Assembly: GCA_945898515.1 (NCBI GenBank)
Contig: CAMDIH010000004.1
Coordinates: forward strand, 1-56,532
Source: Candidatus Neomicrothrix parvicella RN1
GTDB taxonomy: Bacteria; Actinomycetota; Acidimicrobiia; Acidimicrobiales; VFJN01
Reading direction: 5' to 3'
Length of the DNA stretch: 56,532 nt
Shown: piece after piece, positions 47,490-55,978 of the stretch
Numbering within the stretch: the first letter of the stretch is position 1
How the letters are laid out: each line of letters starts with the position of its first letter
Program-made: the position numbers and the translations under genes
Notes under the pieces: model-generated
The model's database searches: none
Told to the model about the DNA's origin: nothing
What the model saw: only the letters and a program-made list of their open reading frames with translations

Positions 47490-47513
47490 GGAAACGAACC
47501 GTAGTCCTCAGAC

Positions 47514-47527
47514 TAACGTTCGTGTCA
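47514..47527. promoter_or_regulatory. Candidate operator site 7 (TAACG-TTCG-TGTCA)
   Basis: Divergent spacer between an acyl-CoA synthetase and the long rightward operon. Confidence 0.65.
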
Positions 47528-47549
47528 CCTTTGTGGATGAGGAGTGCGC

Positions 47550-48698
47550 ATGGACTTCGATCTCGGCGAGCAGGCGGCCACCCTGCGGACCAGGCTGCGC
47601 GCCCTGATCGCCACCGCCATCCCGGAGGACTATCTCGGGGCTTTCACGAACGACCCTGCCGATCTCGATGTGGCCCAACAGTTCTGCCAGCGCCTCGCCC
47701 ACGAAGGCCTCCTCACCATTGCCTGGCCTACCCGCTACGGCGGCGGGGGCGGGTCGATGTGGGACCAGACGGTGGTGCGGGAGGAGATGTGGGCCCACCA
47801 CGAACCGCGCGGCGCGCAGTACATGGGCCTCAACTGGGTGGGCCCGGCCATCATGGCCTACGGCACCGAAGCCCAGAAACAGCAGCACCTCTCGGCCATC
47901 GCGGCCGGGACGGTGATCTGGTGCCAAGGGTTCAGCGAGCCCGATGCCGGGTCAGACCTGGCCTCGCTCACCACCCGGGCCAGTGTCGACGGCGACGGCT
48001 ACCGCATCAGCGGACAAAAGATCTGGACGTCCTACGCCGGGATGGCGCAATGGTGCGTACTGGCGGCGCGGGTGGGGTCTGGGGAGCGTCACGAGGGCAT
48101 CACGATGTTCCTGCTCCCGATGGATGCACCCGGCATCACCGTGCGACCGATTCGCTCGATGCTGGGGTATCACCATCTCAATGAGGTGTTCTTCGACGAT
48201 GTGGCGGTCGGACCCGACGCGGTGCTGGGGGGCGTGGGCGAGGGCTGGGCCGTGATCCGCCAGGCCCTCGCCCACGAACGCGTGGGCATCGCCCGTTACG
48301 CCCGTTGCGAACGACTCCTCTCGGCCCTCGGCGCGGCTCTCGCCCCCCATTGGCACGACCTGCCCGCGTCGCTGCAAGGACAGTGGGCCAAGGCCCTGGT
48401 GCAGGTACGGGTGGCTCGACTACTCGCCTACCGCACGGTGCATGCCCAGGCCACCGGCGAGGTTCCCGACGTCCTGGCGTCCTCCGCCCGCATTGCCGTT
48501 ACCCAATGCGACCAGGCGGTGGCCGAAGTGCTCTGCCAGGCCGTGGAGGAACGAGCCCTGGAAGCAGGACCGACCGCCCCGTTGTACGGCGCCATCGAGG
48601 ACCACTGGCGCTACGCCCAGGCCGCCACCGTGGCGTCGGGCACCATCGAAGTGCAACGCATGATCGTGGCCAAGGCCCTGCTGGGGCCGCGGGCATGA
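47550..48698 (+). CDS. Acyl-CoA dehydrogenase, catalytic-type subunit
   Basis: WCQGFSEPDAGSDLA, GQKIWTS, LAHER, TVASGTIEVQR; GAGGAG upstream of ATG 47550. Confidence 0.92.
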   Translation: MDFDLGEQAATLRTRLRALIATAIPEDYLGAFTNDPADLDVAQQFCQRLAHEGLLTIAWPTRYGGGGGSMWDQTVVREEMWAHHEPRGAQYMGLNWVGPAIMAYGTEAQKQQHLSAIAAGTVIWCQGFSEPDAGSDLASLTTRASVDGDGYRISGQKIWTSYAGMAQWCVLAARVGSGERHEGITMFLLPMDAPGITVRPIRSMLGYHHLNEVFFDDVAVGPDAVLGGVGEGWAVIRQALAHERVGIARYARCERLLSALGAALAPHWHDLPASLQGQWAKALVQVRVARLLAYRTVHAQATGEVPDVLASSARIAVTQCDQAVAEVLCQAVEERALEAGPTAPLYGAIEDHWRYAQAATVASGTIEVQRMIVAKALLGPRA

Positions 48699-49660
48699 AT
48701 CCGGTGCTGCCTACCGAAGCGATCGAGTTCGCCGCCACCGCGGCCAAAGCCTTCGCTGCCCTCGGCGGGGTGGATGCCGCTCGCCGAGCCGAAGAAGAAC
48801 CGGCCCGTCGTGAAGGCGAGGTGACGGCCGCCCTCGCCGCCATCGGAGCCGGGGACCTCGACCCGCGCGCCAACCCCGACTCGCTGGCGGCCGCGGCGGC
48901 CCTGTGCGAGACCGCCGGCACCGTGGCCCTACCGTTCCCGTTGGTGGGCACCCTGCTGCGCGATAGCCAACAGCGCCCCTTCGCCGTGGTGCCCGAGGGC
49001 CTCTGGAGGGTCGACCACGGAGATTTGTTCCCGCAGTGGCGGGTGGCTTCGCTGACCGGCGGCGACACCATCGCCGCCGCTAACGCCGCCCCCCTCGGCA
49101 GTCGCCTCGGGCCGTTTGTCACCGACCTCCACGCGCTCGACCGCCCGACCGGCGACCCCCGCCCCCTCGACGCCACCCCTCACCCCGATCTCGCCATCCA
49201 CCTCACCCTCACCGCCTGGCACATCCTGGGCACCACCGGGCGGGCGCTGGAGTTGGCGGTGGAACACGTGCAGGGCCGGGTGCAGTTTGGCAAACCCATT
49301 GCGGCGTTCCAATCGGTGCAGTTCCAACTGGCGGACTGTTCCGTGGCGCTGGCGGGGTTGCGGGAGTTGGCCTGCTTCACACTGTGGCGCTTGACCGCCG
49401 CCCCCGACGACGCGCTGACCGACGCCCTTGCCCTGCGCCTGCACGCCATCGACGTAGCCCGCACGGTGCTGCGCACCACGCAACAACTCCACGGCGCCGC
49501 CGGAGTGTGCGACGAGTACGACATTTGTGTGCTGATCCGCCTCGTGCAACCCGCCCTGCGCTTACCCTGGGGCGCCGAGCGCACCACGGAGGCGCTCGCC
49601 GAGGCCATCGCCCGCCACGGCTTCGAGGGCCTCTTTCCCCACGGTCTGGCGTCGCGGTGA
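48695..49660 (+). CDS. Acyl-CoA dehydrogenase-like partner subunit (short, divergent)
   Basis: RVQFGKPIAAFQSVQFQLAD, QQLHGAAG; ATGA overlap at 48695-48698. Confidence 0.85.
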   Translation: MNPVLPTEAIEFAATAAKAFAALGGVDAARRAEEEPARREGEVTAALAAIGAGDLDPRANPDSLAAAAALCETAGTVALPFPLVGTLLRDSQQRPFAVVPEGLWRVDHGDLFPQWRVASLTGGDTIAAANAAPLGSRLGPFVTDLHALDRPTGDPRPLDATPHPDLAIHLTLTAWHILGTTGRALELAVEHVQGRVQFGKPIAAFQSVQFQLADCSVALAGLRELACFTLWRLTAAPDDALTDALALRLHAIDVARTVLRTTQQLHGAAGVCDEYDICVLIRLVQPALRLPWGAERTTEALAEAIARHGFEGLFPHGLASR

Positions 49661-51294
49661 CCACCTTCGAGGGACCCCCGCTCGCCGAATTCCCCGGGAT
49701 CGGTGCCCTCACCCTCGGGGCGTTCCTAGAGGAGGTCACCCTCCGCTTCGCCCCCCACGAGGCCCTCGTGTTCGACGATCCGATGCGCAACGGCGCCACC
49801 CTCCGGTGGACCTACGCCGAGTTGGGGCGTCAGGCCCACCGCGTGGCCCAGGGCCTGCGGGCCGCCGGGGTGCAACGGGGCGACGCGGTGGGCATCTTGA
49901 TGGGCAACCGCCCCGAGGCGGTGGCGGGGATCTTCGGCGCCGCCCTCGCCGGGGCGATCGCGGCGCCCTTGTCTACCTTCGCTCCCCAACGTGAGTTGGC
50001 TTTCATGCTTCGCCGGGCGCAGGTACGGGTGGTGCTCACCCAGGACCGCCTACGGCAACGGCGCTTCGGTGACGACCTCGACGCGCTCCGGGCCCAGCTC
50101 CCCGACCTCACCACGGTGGCGGTGGTGGGCACCCCGTCCTGGGATGGCTTTCTGACCGCCCCGCCCGATCCGGCAGCGCCGGTGGCCGAGGCGGTGACCC
50201 CCGACGATCCTGCCGTGGTGATCTTCAGTTCCGGGACCACCAGCGTCCCCAAGGGGATGCTGCACGCCCACCGGTCCCCCACCCTGCAATTCTGGGTGCA
50301 GGCACAAATCTTCGGTCGGCACCCGGCCACGCGGATGTGGACAGCCCTCCCGCTGTTTTGGACCGCCGGTTTCAACACGGCCATGGGCTCCACCCTCGCC
50401 GCCGGCGGGTGCTGGGTGATGCAAGAGACCTTCGAACCCGCGGCGGCGCTGGCCCTGATGGAACGAGAGCGGGTGACCGAGCCCTACTCGCTCCCCCATC
50501 AGACCGCCGCCTTGGCGGAGCATCCGGCGTGGGCCACCACCGACCTGTCGTCGCTCACCTGCGTATTCGGCAAGAGCGCCTTCGCCCACCATCCCCGCGT
50601 CACCGGCGACCCCGCCTGGATGATGCCGGTGGGCTACGGACTGTCGGAGACCTGCGCCTTCTTCGTGAGCCACTGGTGCACCACGCCGCGCCCCCTCACC
50701 AAGCAGAGCATGGGTCGGCTTCTCCCCGGGAACCGCCTGCGCATCGTGGACCCTGATTCCGCTCGGGTGCTCGGCGTGGACGAAGAAGGCGAGTTGGCGG
50801 TCGCCGGTCCCACCCTTTTCCGGCGCTATCTCGGCGAAGCCGACGGAGCCAGCCTGGACGCCGACGGGTTCTTCCACACCGGCGACGCCGGTCACGTGGA
50901 CGCCGAGGGGTACGTGCACTTCTCCGGTCGTCGCACCGAAATGATCAAAACGGGCGGGGCCAACGTGTCTCCCGCCGAGATCGAGGTGCAGTTACGGGCG
51001 ATGCCGGCAGTAAAATTGAGCCGCATCGTGGGGATACCGGACCCCCGTTTGGATCAGGTGGTGGTGGCCTGCATCACCCTGAAGGACGGCGCCGCGGCCA
51101 GCGCCGAGGACATCCGGGCCTGTCTCACAGACCGGGTGGCGGCCTACAAAGTGCCCCGGCACGTCCTGTTCTTCGCCGATGGCGAGATCCCCATGACCGC
51201 CAGTGCCACCAAGGTGCGCGACGACGCCCTTCTCGCCCTCGTGCAGCACCGCCTCGCTCTACACCCTGTCCCCACCACCCCCGGAGCCCCATGA
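49657..51294 (+). CDS. Acyl-CoA synthetase (AMP-forming)
   Basis: FSSGTTSVPKG, YGLSET, FHTGD, IKTGGANV; GTGA overlap at 49657-49660. Confidence 0.9.
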   Translation: MTTFEGPPLAEFPGIGALTLGAFLEEVTLRFAPHEALVFDDPMRNGATLRWTYAELGRQAHRVAQGLRAAGVQRGDAVGILMGNRPEAVAGIFGAALAGAIAAPLSTFAPQRELAFMLRRAQVRVVLTQDRLRQRRFGDDLDALRAQLPDLTTVAVVGTPSWDGFLTAPPDPAAPVAEAVTPDDPAVVIFSSGTTSVPKGMLHAHRSPTLQFWVQAQIFGRHPATRMWTALPLFWTAGFNTAMGSTLAAGGCWVMQETFEPAAALALMERERVTEPYSLPHQTAALAEHPAWATTDLSSLTCVFGKSAFAHHPRVTGDPAWMMPVGYGLSETCAFFVSHWCTTPRPLTKQSMGRLLPGNRLRIVDPDSARVLGVDEEGELAVAGPTLFRRYLGEADGASLDADGFFHTGDAGHVDAEGYVHFSGRRTEMIKTGGANVSPAEIEVQLRAMPAVKLSRIVGIPDPRLDQVVVACITLKDGAAASAEDIRACLTDRVAAYKVPRHVLFFADGEIPMTASATKVRDDALLALVQHRLALHPVPTTPGAP

Positions 51295-52481
51295 GCCGCG
51301 CTGAAGATTCCCCCACCCTGGATGTGTCCGACCTCGACCAGTACATGGGAGTACCCATGGAACCCGGCGAGCTCAAGGAACCCGTGGCCACCAACGACAT
51401 CCGTCGCTGGGTTCAGGCCATGCACTACCCGAACCCGCTGCATTACGACGAGCGCTGGGCGGCGGAGAGCCGCTTCAATTCCATCGTGGCGCCCCAGTCC
51501 TTCACCGTGGCCTGCGACACCAGCCACGGCTGCTCTCCGGCCCAGGTGGGTTTGATCCCGAGTTCGCATCTGATCTTCGGCGGCGACGACTGGTGGTTCT
51601 TCGGGCCCCGGGTGCGCCCGGGCGACCGGATGGTGTGCCATCGGATGCCCTACGACTACCGGGTCACCGACACGAGTTTCGCCGGACCAACCTGTTTCCA
51701 GCGCGGCGACACTCTCTACATCAACCAACGCGGCGAACGGGTGGCCCAGCAACGATCCACCGCCATCCGCTATCAGGTGCGCGAAGCCAAGGAGAAGAAG
51801 TTGTTCTCCGAGCCCACCGAGCCGGAATGGACCGATGACGCTCTCGCCGACCTGGAGGAACAGAAACTTCCCTTCATCAACCAGATCCAACAACTGCAGC
51901 ACCAACCGCGCCACTTCGAAAGCGTGCAGATTGGTGATGCCCTCGCCAGCAACGTCATCGGGCCGCACAGTCTCGCCAGCTTCACCACCGAGTGGCGGGC
52001 GTTCCCGATGACCACCTGGGGCGCTACCGCCAAAGGCCCCACCACGGTGCGGGCGGAGGCGCTCGGCTACACGAAGGAGATGGCCGGCTTCGAGGGCGAT
52101 CGTCGCATGGAGCGGGTGAACCCCGAACTCACCGATGGCGCCTACTACGGCCCGTCGCGCGGCCACCTGCAACCCCGCTGGGCCCAGCACGTGGGGATGC
52201 CCAGGGGCTACGGCTACGGCGCGTCGATGGGGGCGTGGATCATCGACTACGTGGCGGCCTGGGCCGGTGAGTGGGGAGGGGTGACCCACTCCTCGGCGCA
52301 GTACCGCAACCCGGCCTTCACCGGGGATGCCACCTTCTTCACCGGCGAGGTGGTGGACAAGCGCGTCGAGCGACGGCGACGCCACCTCGCGGTGGTGAAG
52401 GTCGAACTCAGGAACCAGGACCACACCGTGATGGCCAAGGCCACCCTCGACGTCGAACTCCCCGCCGAGGCGACGACGTGA
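51291..52481 (+). CDS. MaoC/FAS1-type double hot-dog (R)-hydratase/dehydratase-like protein
   Basis: DIRRW..A...PNPLHYD, IVAP, VRPGD in the N-half; GMPRGYGYG, NPAFTGD...GEVVDK in the C-half. Confidence 0.8.
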   Translation: MSRAEDSPTLDVSDLDQYMGVPMEPGELKEPVATNDIRRWVQAMHYPNPLHYDERWAAESRFNSIVAPQSFTVACDTSHGCSPAQVGLIPSSHLIFGGDDWWFFGPRVRPGDRMVCHRMPYDYRVTDTSFAGPTCFQRGDTLYINQRGERVAQQRSTAIRYQVREAKEKKLFSEPTEPEWTDDALADLEEQKLPFINQIQQLQHQPRHFESVQIGDALASNVIGPHSLASFTTEWRAFPMTTWGATAKGPTTVRAEALGYTKEMAGFEGDRRMERVNPELTDGAYYGPSRGHLQPRWAQHVGMPRGYGYGASMGAWIIDYVAAWAGEWGGVTHSSAQYRNPAFTGDATFFTGEVVDKRVERRRRHLAVVKVELRNQDHTVMAKATLDVELPAEATT

Positions 52482-53458
52482 GTCGGCGCGTCATTCTCTC
52501 CACTGCCCCCCTGCGGGGCCCAGGGCTCGACACGTTGCGGGGCCTCGGTGAGGTGATCCTCGACCCGTGGATCGAGCACCGTCCGTTGCGCATCTACGAC
52601 GGTGAACACTTCGCCGAGCGCGCCGCGGCGGTGGGAGCGAGCGTGGTGATCTGCGAGGCCGACCAGTGCCAGGGCCCGCTACTCGACCTCCCCCTCGAAG
52701 CCATCGGGGTTACTCGCGGTGATCCCACCAACGTGGATGTAGCGGGGGCTACTGCGAAACACATCCCGGTGCTGCGCGCTCCGGGCCGCAACGCGGACGC
52801 CGTGGCGGAACTCACCGTGGGGTTGTTGCTGGCGGTTACCCGAGGCTTGGTGGCTGCCGACCACGACGTGCGGACCGGCGAGGTGTACCGCGATGGGACC
52901 ATCCCCTACCAGCGGTTCCGGGCCTGGCAGTTAGCGGGCCGGACGGCCGGGCTGGTGGGCCTGGGCGCGGTAGGACGAGCCACCCGTTGGCGCCTGGAAG
53001 GCCTCGGCATGGTGGTCATCACCGCCGATCCTTTCGCCGCCGACGCCTCCCATACCCTCGAGGACCTTCTGGCCCTGGCCGACGTCGTATCGATGCACGC
53101 TGCGGTCACTCCCGACACGGTGGGGCTCATCTCCGCAGAGCGAATCGCCCGCATGCGCCCGGGGGCGGTGTATGTGAACTCGGCCCGCGCCGGCCTCCAC
53201 GATCTCGATGCCCTCACCGCCGCGCTGCTCTCCGGCCATCTCGCCGCCGCCGCCCTCGACCATTTCGATGGCGAACACCTCCCCGCCACCCATCCGCTGA
53301 TGACGATGGACAACGTGCTGCTCACCCCCCACATCGGTGGAGCCACCTACGACACGGAGACCAACCACACGACCATGATCGCCGATGGTCTGGCCGCCGT
53401 GTTGCGCGGCGAAACCCCGACCAACCTCGTGAACCCGGAGGTCCTCCACCATGGCTGA
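52478..53458 (+). CDS. serA2: D-isomer-specific 2-hydroxyacid dehydrogenase (mycobacterial SerA2-like)
   Basis: PGRNADAVAE, GLVGLGAVG, VNSAR, LTPHIGGAT; TAPLRGPG/DPWI..RPLRIY and GTIPYQRFR segments that I recall from M. tuberculosis Rv0728c. GTGA overlap. Confidence 0.85.
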   Translation: MSRRVILSTAPLRGPGLDTLRGLGEVILDPWIEHRPLRIYDGEHFAERAAAVGASVVICEADQCQGPLLDLPLEAIGVTRGDPTNVDVAGATAKHIPVLRAPGRNADAVAELTVGLLLAVTRGLVAADHDVRTGEVYRDGTIPYQRFRAWQLAGRTAGLVGLGAVGRATRWRLEGLGMVVITADPFAADASHTLEDLLALADVVSMHAAVTPDTVGLISAERIARMRPGAVYVNSARAGLHDLDALTAALLSGHLAAAALDHFDGEHLPATHPLMTMDNVLLTPHIGGATYDTETNHTTMIADGLAAVLRGETPTNLVNPEVLHHG

Positions 53459-54113
53459 CACCACTGCCTCACCCACCACCACCCGCGCCGCCGTGCTGGC
53501 GGCGGCCAAGAAGATGCTGGCCGAGGGATTGGTAGAGGGCACCTCTGGCAACATCTCCGGACGGCTACCCGACGGTTTGGTCTGCGTTACCCCCTCGTCG
53601 GTGTCCTACGAAGCGATGCGGCTCGAAGACCTCGTGGTGGTCGGCCTCGACGGCACGGTCGTGGAGGGCACCCGGGCCCCCACGACCGAGAAGGACCTGC
53701 ACCTAGCCGCCCTGCGGCGCTACCCGGAACTCGGGTCGGTCATCCACACGCACGCGGTGTACGCCACCATGTTCGCCTTGGCCCACGAACCCATCCCGGC
53801 GGTCATCGAAGAAGTGGTGGTCTACCTGGGCGGCGACGTTCCCTGCTGCGCCTACCGCGGGACCGGCAGTGTGGCCCTCGGCGACGAGGTGGCCGACCAC
53901 CTCGCGGATCGTGGCGCCACCCTCCTCGCGAACCACGGCCTCGTCACCTGTGCCGCCTCCCCCGAGAAAGCCCTCCACAACGCGGCCCTGGTGGAGCGCA
54001 CCGCCAAGATCGTCTGGGGGGCACGGGCCATGGGCGCCACCATCCACCCGCTCCCCGACTCGGTAAATCGCGACATGGCCGGGGTGTACAGCTACCTCCG
54101 GGGAAACCCGTGA
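53451..54113 (+). CDS. fucA: Class II aldolase, L-fuculose-phosphate aldolase-like
   Basis: GTSGNIS, TPS, PTTE, IHTH, LLANHG; 8-nt overlap with the upstream gene. Substrate not established. Confidence 0.85.
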   Translation: MADTTASPTTTRAAVLAAAKKMLAEGLVEGTSGNISGRLPDGLVCVTPSSVSYEAMRLEDLVVVGLDGTVVEGTRAPTTEKDLHLAALRRYPELGSVIHTHAVYATMFALAHEPIPAVIEEVVVYLGGDVPCCAYRGTGSVALGDEVADHLADRGATLLANHGLVTCAASPEKALHNAALVERTAKIVWGARAMGATIHPLPDSVNRDMAGVYSYLRGNP

Positions 54114-54180
54114 CGCGCCCACCCCAACCGGCGGTGAGGGGCGTATGACACCGGCCTTCGAGGAAGGGCCCGAGCGGGGT

Positions 54181-54455
54181 AACCAGCGTGCCCTGCGACG
54201 GGCGCCGGGGCCCAGGCGGCCTTCTCGGCTACCTCGCCCCCCCAGGGCGACCTCGACCTCCATGCCAACGCAAGTCCCCGGGGTAGTGCGCCAGCCACCT
54301 CGGTGGTGTCGCCCGAACAGCGACTGTGAGAGGTCGACAACGTACTCGTGGGCGATTCGTCGGTGTTCGTGACCGCCGCGGGCTACAACCCCACCTTGAC
54401 TCTCGCCGCTCTCGCCCATCGCGCCGCCACCCTCCTCAGCGGAGGAAAGCCATGA
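54181..54455 (+). pseudogene. C-terminal remnant of a GMC oxidoreductase
   Basis: Frame ending at TGA 54453-54455 reads ...AGAQAAFSATSPPQGDLDLHANASPRGSAPATSVVSPEQRL*EVDNVLVGDSSVFVTAAGYNPTLTLAALAHRAATLLSGGKP*, with an internal TGA at 54327-54329 and no N-terminal FAD domain. The 5' limit is approximate. Confidence 0.75.
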
Positions 54456-55513
54456 CCTCTAGTGTTGGACCCATGGGCCCCGTTCCGCTTCGCATGAGCG
54501 CCGCCGTGCTCCAAGGACCGGGCCGACTGCAGGTGAACGATGTGCCCGTGCCACCCCTGGGTGATCAGGACGTGCTCGTGAAGATCGACCTCTGCGGCGT
54601 GTGCGGCAGCGACCTGCACATGGTGCTCGACGGGTGGGGGCAGCGCGGCAGTTGGCAGGGCCATGAGTGGACCGGCACTGTCCTGGCGGTGGGCCCGGAG
54701 GTGCAACGGTGGCAGCCCGGTGATGCGGTGGTGGGTGGTCCTCCGATCCGGTGTGGCACCTGCGCCAGTTGCGTCGCCGGACGACCCGCCCTGTGTGCCC
54801 AACGCGATACCCCCGGTATCGGTCCCGAACAGGGAGCCTTCGCCACCTACAAGGTGAGCCGCGAAGGAGAGTTGCTGGCCCTACCGGCCGATCTCGATCC
54901 GCGCGCCGCCACCCTGGCCGAGCCGCTGGCGGTGGCCCTCCACGGCATTCACCAGTCCGGCATCACGGCGGGCCAACGGGCGTTGGTCCTCGGAGCGGGC
55001 CCTATCGGCGCCCTCACTATCGCCGCCCTGCGAGCCCGCGGCATCCACCATGTGGTGTGCGCCGAACCCACCGAGGGTCGCCAGGCTCTCGCCCGGGCGG
55101 TGGGGGCCAGTGAGGTGTGCCACCCCCGTGATCTGGTGGTGCCCAGCATCGCCGAACCGGGCTTCATCGTGCCCGGAGCCGTAGATGTGGTGCTCGAATG
55201 CTCCGGCAAGGCCGCCGCCATGGAGGCTGGCTTGGCCCAACTCGTGCGCGGGGGCACCCTCGTACTGGTGGGGGCAGGGATCGAATCCCCCCGCTTCGAT
55301 CCCAACCGCATCCTGCTCAACGAAGTCATCATCACCGGGGCGTTCACCTACAGCGCCAACGGCTTCAGCGAAGCCCTGGACCTGCTGGCGTCCGGGGCCC
55401 TGCCCGTTGACGAACTGCTCGAGCCCGACCTCGTATCTCTCGACGGGCTCCTCGACGCCATGCGAGGCCTGGCCGATGGACGCCTGGCCGGAAAGGTCCT
55501 GGTGCGCCCATGA
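54452..55513 (+). CDS. Zn-dependent medium-chain alcohol/polyol dehydrogenase
   Basis: CGVCGSD, GHE, structural-Zn CGTCASC...C, EPLAV, GAGPIG; GGAGG before ATG 54452. Confidence 0.92.
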   Translation: MTSSVGPMGPVPLRMSAAVLQGPGRLQVNDVPVPPLGDQDVLVKIDLCGVCGSDLHMVLDGWGQRGSWQGHEWTGTVLAVGPEVQRWQPGDAVVGGPPIRCGTCASCVAGRPALCAQRDTPGIGPEQGAFATYKVSREGELLALPADLDPRAATLAEPLAVALHGIHQSGITAGQRALVLGAGPIGALTIAALRARGIHHVVCAEPTEGRQALARAVGASEVCHPRDLVVPSIAEPGFIVPGAVDVVLECSGKAAAMEAGLAQLVRGGTLVLVGAGIESPRFDPNRILLNEVIITGAFTYSANGFSEALDLLASGALPVDELLEPDLVSLDGLLDAMRGLADGRLAGKVLVRP

Positions 55514-55959
55514 GCGGCCCCGTGTTTGCCAAACCGCCCCGCTTGAACCACGTGGCCCTCTCGGTGGCCCCCGACGCCCTCGATGAGGAGGGCCGGGCCG
55601 ACCTGGTGGCGTTTTACGGCACCGTCTTTGGCTTCGAGGAGTACCCGCAACTCACCGAAGACCGCGCCCGCCTCGTGCTGCGCGCCCATACCCACGAGCA
55701 GTTCGTGTTCCTCATCGCCACAGCCAATCCCATGGTGGCCCCCCGCCTCGACCACTTCGGCCTGTCGGTGTCATCGAAGGCCGAGTTCGACGAGGTGTAC
55801 GCACGGGCCGCCGCCTGGGGTGATGCCCACCCCGGTGAGGTGGACCTGATCGACCCCACCGTGGAGGAATACGTGGGCGCCCTGGCCCTCCACTCCTTTT
55901 ACCTGGGGTACCGATTACCCCTCATGGTGGAGACGCAGTTCTTCGACTACCTGTTCTAA
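55510..55959 (+). CDS. VOC/glyoxalase-like protein
   Basis: NHVALSV, FYGTVFGF, DHFGLSV, terminal ETQ; ATGA coupling. Confidence 0.78.
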   Translation: MSGPVFAKPPRLNHVALSVAPDALDEEGRADLVAFYGTVFGFEEYPQLTEDRARLVLRAHTHEQFVFLIATANPMVAPRLDHFGLSVSSKAEFDEVYARAAAWGDAHPGEVDLIDPTVEEYVGALALHSFYLGYRLPLMVETQFFDYLF

Positions 55960-55978
55960 GGCGCGGGTCCCGGGTGCC

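Noticed and set aside
1743-47527. KstR, KstR2 or CRP boxes as the identity of the repeated motif
   Set aside because: Half-site sequence and spacing (TGAC-N6-GTCA) do not fit those consensus patterns.
54327-54329. In-frame TGA as selenocysteine or programmed readthrough
   Set aside because: The frame has no start or FAD-binding domain and appears to lack the catalytic His motif; decay is the simpler explanation.
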